Of a stretch of 64,000 nt of DNA, positions 57,408-64,000 are shown in pieces. The stretch covers positions 21,638,001 to 21,702,000 of the forward strand of contig OZ281497.1 of NCBI GenBank assembly GCA_965637545.1, written 5' to 3'. The stretch's first letter is position 1, and every line of letters starts with the position of its first letter. A model generated the notes under the pieces. It was given only the letters and a program-made list of their open reading frames with translations. It searched no databases and had not been told where the DNA came from. This stretch comes from Phallusia mammillata. Lineage: Eukaryota. The position numbers and the translations under genes were made by a program.

Positions 57408-60400
57408 AAAAATTGTGTTCAAAAACTGACCTTGACGGACAAAACTTTTTTAAAGTTGGGTTAATGTTTTCTAATAATTTGTCCAAAAATCTAAAAATAA
57501 GCGCAAAGTTTGTTTACGGTAAATCCGCACAAACACGCGAGTTGGGACCCATTCGTTTTTGTTGCCAAAAACAATCATATGTCTAGATCAAATGATGTGT
57601 ATAGTAAATTGGAAAATATGATATAGAACGTATAAAATGAAAGTATATTAGAAAGCCACCTTTCTAGTTATTATAAGAGGACGACCATTGAGACAAACAG
57701 ATGAAAACCTGATTTTTAAGCATTCATACCTAAACTGCAAACAGAAAGTTAAAAAACGATATTAATACTGTGTCAGATCAATTCAATTCTTATATTTTGG
57801 GTTTGATATTGTTATGATCTACTAATATAGCACGTATTGTGTTTAGAAATAGAGGCGCATATACGAACTATCGCAGTGCAACACTTATATTGTAGACAGT
57901 TGTGGCGATGTGCAACACAGTGCCCTTCCACTCTTTGTATCACAGCGAACGAGATGGTATATACCCGTTGTTTCCATTACTAATTCGGACTTTGCACTCT
58001 ATGGTCATGTTACACATTGCAGCTAATGATATCGATTCAGCATATAACTGCAACATTACCAAAAAAAAAAATTCTGTATAAGTACTGCTTGTTATTTTTG
58101 AAACGGATACGTTTTTAATCTCTACAACAATGAATCCTAATGATTCGCTGGTATTTTTTTAACACGATTATTTTTGCAAGCAGCAGAAGCTTAAGTTTCC
58201 TGACTAGGTGTATTGGGAAATTAATAAGCTAAAATTAACCTAAGAAAAACGCTAGGCTGACTCTGGGTTTTTGCTATGCTAGCTTAACATCATTGGTCAA
58301 GAGGTACACAACTATTGTTTCCCAAAAGTGATTTCACTTTACAACGTTTATAACTTTCATGAAAATATCATTGCGCAATGGTCCAACACCGCGAAAAATC
58401 AAACATGTGCCAAACTTGCTATATATCATGTGTAAAATGTAGAAAAGTTGTTGCATTGACCAAAACGTTAAAGCCAACCAGCGATATACAGCATACAGAG
58501 AAAAAGGACATAATATATGTCTCCTTTGGGAGAGACTGGTAGTACCACTAACTCTAATGGAAGGGGAAGCTTAGTTCAGGAAGTTGAGTTTTCAATACCA
58601 GAGCGAACACAATCGATTAAACCAGTGTTCGTTGAATACAGTTAAAAGATGTTGTTTCTATGTTGAAATTACCAGAGTTGCAACGTGCAATACATTTTGT
58701 GAAGGTATTTGAATGCGCTGTACCGTTTTCTTTTTGACAATTTACAGGCACTGAACGGCCATAAAGCGGAGTAAAAAAACAATTGGGTTTAGCATTTAAT
58801 TGCTTTTATGGGAAAGGACTGTAACATTTTACAAGCACGGTAGTATTTTCCTTTTGCGATAAAAAGCTCAACACAATATGCGCATATAAAACACAACTAG
58901 TAAAGGAAACATGCAATCGGTGGGTAGAAATGAACGCAGCGATAGGCAGGATAAAACGTGGAAAATGACCAGAAAAATCAACTGTCATGTCCTTTTCCTA
59001 CGTTTACTAGATGTTTTTTTTTCAAACTAGGATTAAACCACATGGTTTTGTTGACTTCTAACCAGTACAGCTAACTTAATAACGGGTTTTTCACAAAACG
59101 TTTGCGTTGGTGAACTGATTTATCTACGAAACTGCAGAAGCTAGGAAAGTCAGCTCACACAATTGTTTGGAATAATTCAGAGGGCATGACTGTATGTTGT
59201 GAAAACAAGCCAGTTATTTACAAATGGCAGAATAACAAATGAGTAGCTTGTGGCAATCTTTTAACGTTTTAACTTAGGCGTTTGTTACTTAGACAAGGTC
59301 AGCTTGTTTCTGTATTACCCGTTTGTTAAGTTCATCGAATTTTCGGCTTTTTAACGTGTACTTGGAAACAGTTAAAAAGTTCAAACAGATAAGGCAAAAT
59401 ATAGTACTCACTATACAAATATTTACAATCGCAACCACCAACACACTGTTTTCTGATGCCCGCAAGCAGCCCAGTGAGGTTTAGGAATTGGCGTGTTTTC
59501 CGCTTTGCACTTTCCCCAATGTTTTTGTGCACGTTTTTGTATGTCAGTGCAATGAAACTGCGTGTCTCTGAAAAACGGGTATTTTACGAATCTGCATGCG
59601 GGTCGCCAAATGCGTTCTGCCGTTTTAATTAATTCAACGTTTTTATAGGAGGTTGGCAAATGTGTTGGTTCGCGCTTTTGTTTCTTTTCGCAATGTTATA
59701 CTTTTCTGCTAATTTATTTCGCAAAAGTTACAATGTTGCCGGTATAATTTAGTTTTAATACCGCTATACATACCCCTAACGGCTTTTCGTAAACCAGAGT
59801 TAAAGTTCATGCAACAAAATTACCTGGAGATGATCAAGCAAAATTACAGTATGAGTTTTAGGACGGTTGTGATGAAAGCATTATAAATATAAAATTTTCT
59901 TTATGACACTTGTCACAGTGAAAGCCTTTACAGCAGTTGCCACAAAATGTTTTCAACACAAGGACCCAGATTTGTTTTACGTTGTGTTTGCATTTTTTCT
60001 TTGTGATACGGCTTGTCGTAAATGGTGGAGAAACATCCTCAGATGTATAACCAGGTTAAGTAGATTATTCTGAACAACGTATCGCCCCTGTCCCGTAGTT
60101 CCATTTCCTAGCAGTGCGCTTTGATTGAGGGTGCATAGCGGGAAGTGCCTATAACCACAGTCCTAACCATGTTTGGTCAAGCGTAGCGCTGGTAATTGGT
60201 AAAAGTGTGACCATTGTTGAAATTTAGTCATAGGATGGACAGCAAATGAACACAGACAAACCTTATAGTACAAGATTGAAACAGCGCGTTTCTGAAACTC
60301 TTTTGGCTTTGTGCTATGGCTGCATCCACACACTACAACCTGGTTCTACACTGCTCAAGAATTTCCGTTCTGCATTTAAGTGTAGGCCTGAAGTTATTTT

Positions 60401-60682
60401 AGGCTATCAGTATTGGTAACGAATAGACCTTCAAAAGGATCTGCTTTTCACGCAAATGCAGCTTTGCAGGTTAGGTAAAAGAATCGTCAAGTAAATGTTC
60501 CAGAAATAAAAACCAGGTTGTGTCATTTTGACGTTTGGTTTGTGACGTTGTAAGCTGAAATTTGTAAAAGAAAGTTGAACACTTCGCCTTGCAAAAGACT
60601 AAACTGTGATCGGCAAAAACATAACCGAGCACCTTGTGCTTTTTACCATTTCAGGTTAAAATTTAGGCCGAGTTAGGAACCA

Positions 60683-60733
60683 ATGTCAACATCAAACTTT
60701 TGGCGCTCTAGTGACATCAACCGGATGCAATGA
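60683..60733 (+). promoter_or_regulatory. Upstream ORF (MSTSNFWRSSDINRMQ) overlapping the FUT-C start
   Basis: ATG at 60683 and TGA at 60731-60733 overlapping the ATG at 60730. Same length and position as in A/B. Confidence 0.7.
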
Positions 60734-61020
60734 CTTCAAGTACCACACAAAAACTTGGAGTAGTGACTGGCATCCTCTGCCTAGTTGGCCTTGGATTTAT
60801 GTTAATGTGGACGGACAATACGGTAGTGTCGATAAGTCAAAAGCATTACTGGTCTATTGTTAAAAATGGAACGTTAGTTAATGCTCTGCTGCACCAAATA
60901 AGCGCCAGTAACAACATCGACAACAATGAAGCAAAGAATAAAAATGACTCAGAAAAAACAGAGGATAAGAAAAATACCACTGTTAGTGAAGCAACGAATT
61001 TCACTTCAACAACAAAAATC

Positions 61021-61069
<49 letters not shown>

Positions 61070-63087
61070 CGTCAATAACTAAACAACCAGTGACCACCCC
61101 AGTTGTGGCAAAGAAACCTGGAATAATCCTGATGTGGACCCACCCTTGGAATGTTGATAGTGAACCACCATCGGATGGGAAAGTGTTTGGAAACTGTACA
61201 ATCACCTACGACCGGTCGAAGCACGCCGAAGCGCTGGCAGTGGTCTTTCATTATACTTTTGTTCCCGAACCGTACCCGTATCCCAGGTACAGAAATCTAT
61301 TATTTATAAGGGCGAATAAGAAAAGCACACTGGTAGGGGGATTAGATTGCTATAAAGTCGTGTCTGTGTGCAAAACTTTTTTTCTGATTACTGTTTTAGC
61401 TGTATCTCCTAGTGCAATCAGTCATTATCTATCTGTTTAACATATGTTCAAGAGTTACAAACAAAGGGTCAAAATAGCACATTACGAGGAGGGCGATTCG
61501 TGGGCCGCAAACTCGTCTAAAACAGTACAAAGATAACACAAACAAAATAAGTAGCGGTATATGTGCAAAACATTGTTTAGACAAACGTAAATAACTGCTA
61601 CAAAACTTACATTTATAGAATGCATTTCAGTGTCAACATTTCAAAAACCGCTGTTGTTATAACATCAGTATAAAAATGTGTTCAGTATCGACTAATCAAT
61701 ATCTTGCGGTCCTTAGTTTATCCAGGCTGTTGTTTAATCGATCTGGTACATCTTTTAAAACCTATACGTTACCTAGTAGCGTCTCAATTTACAGCAATTA
61801 GAATATGCAGTACTGAAACGGTATTATTTCATTCTATATCATAATTTTTAGTGATCTACTATCCTGTATAAAATATCTAATCATATCAAGGTTATCCAGG
61901 CTACCGTTTAACCGATTTATTTCACCAAAAGAAACATGCACCATACCTAGTAACCTTTCAATTTACAGCAATTAGAATAGACAGTAATGTTTCGTGTCAT
62001 ATATCAATGCAAATTTATCTGTAGATTTTTAAAAATTGTACATGTTCGCAGAGATCCAAATCAGTTTTTTGTATGGTGGTCTTGGGAAAACCCGTGGGTG
62101 GTCCGTTGGATGGAACACAACGATCTACGTCGGCACGACAACAGTTTTTTTAACTGGACAATGACGTATCGGAGGGATAGTGACGTTTATGCGCCGTACT
62201 ATCTCCTTCGAAACGTCTACAACAATCTGCCAAAAGGCAAGAAAGTGGTGGATGATTTAATTGCTGCAAAGAAGGGGCTTGCGGTGAGTTTGAGGACCAC
62301 ATACTATTGTGGGCATGGCTGTAAATATGTGTTAGATATTGCATGTGGATATAATGTACAAAGCATGCAAATCAATTTTGCTGAATGTCCATAACTTACA
62401 ACGTCATGCATTATTAAATATTTTGCTGAATAACTTAGGCATTGTTTATTTTACGTGCTAACTAGGATTCCACCATTACAGGTATGGACAGTAAGTTCTT
62501 GCAAGGACAAAAAGGGTTCAATATCAAGAATGAACTATGTAAATGAGATGTTGAAGACAATGCCCAACATTGATCGTTTCGGCAAATGCTTCGGAGATAA
62601 ATGGCCTCACGCAAAAATGGCTGACTTTGTACGAACCCGAAAATTCTATCTCTCCTTTGAAAACGCGGTACACTGCAGAGATTACATTACGGAGAAACTG
62701 ACCAGGAATGGTTACCAATACGGGGCTGTTCCGGTGGTTAGAGGACCGAAAAAGGAAGACTATCTTGTCATGGCACCGCCACACTCATTTATACACACCG
62801 AAGATTTCGCCTCGCCTGCAGAACTTACAAAATACCTCATGTATCTAGATAAGAACGATACAGCATACAGGGAGTACTTTAAATGGCGAGAGGACCCGTC
62901 CAAGACCTGGGACGATCAGCGAATGGAAGTGGAAAGGCGTCATCCGAATATCAAGACTCTTCCCGACAAAACCTACTGGTTTGGAAAACTATGCGAGCAG
63001 GTGCAAAACGGAGCGCCCCCTAAAGTGATCCCGTCGTTACGAAAAGTTTTCTTTGACGACACCGAAGAATGTCAGGATGAGAATTAA
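60730..63087 (+). CDS. Alpha-1,3/4-fucosyltransferase (GT10), paralog C, 464 aa
   Basis: Exons 60730-61286, 62052-62283, 62482-63087, with the same intron positions as A and B. Motif KFYLSFENAVHCRDYITEKL; 17-Thr run in the stem. Confidence 0.93.
61021..61071 (+). repeat. Coding (ACA)16-ACG microsatellite encoding 17 Thr in the FUT-C stem
   Basis: Read directly in exon 1 of FUT-C. Confidence 0.95.
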
Positions 63088-63669
63088 GGATAAAGAGCGT
63101 TGCTTTACGAAGCAAGAGGCCTACTTTGGCAGCAACGAAGTTTAACTGTAAACTCTGCGGTGAAAATGTCACCAACTGCTAAAAACGTTTCTTGCCTGCT
63201 TCATTAACTTTTACCTAACTTTCGAATTTTTCTCAACAAACAAAATGGTGCATAATGATCATGAAATGGTCGCTTGAACAAACCACAGTCAAAATACACG
63301 TTGGACATCCGCGCTTTTACGGTTTAGCGATTATACGGCACACAAAAAGGATTCAGAAACAACACACCTAATGCCTATGAATTCTTAGCAAAACACATGA
63401 TTTCACGGTTACCTTATTACTGTAATTCGACCCACAATATAACACAATGATTCAACCCACTGTGTTCAGTGTTAATGCATGGTGAAACAAACAATATTTT
63501 AAATTGATACAAAATGTTACCTCATCGTGAACGAACCACATTCTGTGCAAACGCATCTAACATGGCCAGCAACTTTAAGGAAGTTTTTCTGACATAAGAA
63601 CCCACTTAAATTAAACTAAGTCGGTAGATGCGGATGGATGGCGCAAAAAGCATTTTTAAATATTTAAAA

Positions 63670-63790
63670 GCAAACTTGGCCGAATGGTCTGGCGCGCCTG
63701 ACCCATATACAGACATAAAAAACCTTATCGGGATTCGTCCCCGGGAGTGTCCTGGGTTCGAACCCCGTAAAAAAAATAAAAAATAAAAAT
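63670..63790 (+). mobile_element. Putative tRNA(Leu/Ser)-derived SINE
   Basis: A box TGGCCGAATGG (63677), B box GGTTCGAACC (63755) and an A-rich tail; related copies at 17520 and 18750. Confidence 0.55.
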
Positions 63791-64000
63791 TCTGTGTAAA
63801 TCCCGACGATTAAGGCTATTAGGGTTGGTGTGAGGTTTAAAATGATGACTACAATAAAACCAACCTATAAACTTAGTTCCTAACGTTACATTTTGTTCTT
63901 ATAACCATATTCCATTCTCAAGTCAACTTTGAATGAAAATAGCTGTGCTCTTTACGCCACCTATCGGTTGTTATCTGTTTTGGGTTCTTATGTTAGTAGC

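Larger units (their letters stand above)
55369..57667 (+). mobile_element. Helentron/DINE-1-like element H3 (H1 family, 5'-deleted, interrupted)
   Basis: TTATGGGTCCC start, one copy of the H1 repeat, 55750-56296 homologous to 50620-51300, 3' subTIR GGGACCCAT at ~57544 and end AAGCCACCTTTCTAG. Confidence 0.7.

Noticed and set aside
61287-61440. C-terminal extension of ORF 60730-61440 (and the N-/C-terminal extensions of 61987-62394)
   Set aside because: These are read-through into introns. The splice sites match those of paralogs A and B.
63670-63790. Functional tRNA gene
   Set aside because: A and B boxes are present, but there is no acceptor stem or anticodon arm, an A-rich tail follows directly, and diverged dispersed copies exist. 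It is better explained as a SINE.

Overview
AT-rich animal genomic DNA with GT-AG introns. No prokaryotic features, rRNA or CRISPR were seen. A marine invertebrate such as a tunicate is suspected but cannot be proven from the sequence alone. Four protein-coding genes could be reconstructed by hand with consistent splice phases. One is a 12-exon SLC6 Na+/Cl- transporter on the minus strand (4256-13744, 597 aa, GABA/taurine/creatine-transporter-like but with an unusual substrate pocket). The other three are 3-exon GT10 alpha-1,3/4-fucosyltransferase paralogs on the plus strand, called A (26561-28798), B (42166-44441) and C (60730-63087). A and B lie in a recent ~13 kb tandem duplication (19885-33166 / 33837-46476) joined by a 670-bp foreign filler. 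C derives from an older duplication that still shares non-coding blocks with A. Comparing the duplicates exposes exact presence/absence insertions: four 8-bp-TSD hAT-type MITEs and one solo LTR with a 4-bp TSD. It also exposes deletion scars with templated insertions. All three fucosyltransferases carry a positionally conserved 16-codon uORF whose stop overlaps the main ATG. The 50-57.7 kb region is a nest of Helentron/DINE-like elements, MITEs and a minisatellite. All alignments and counts were done by eye, so small coordinate errors are possible and no database search was run.
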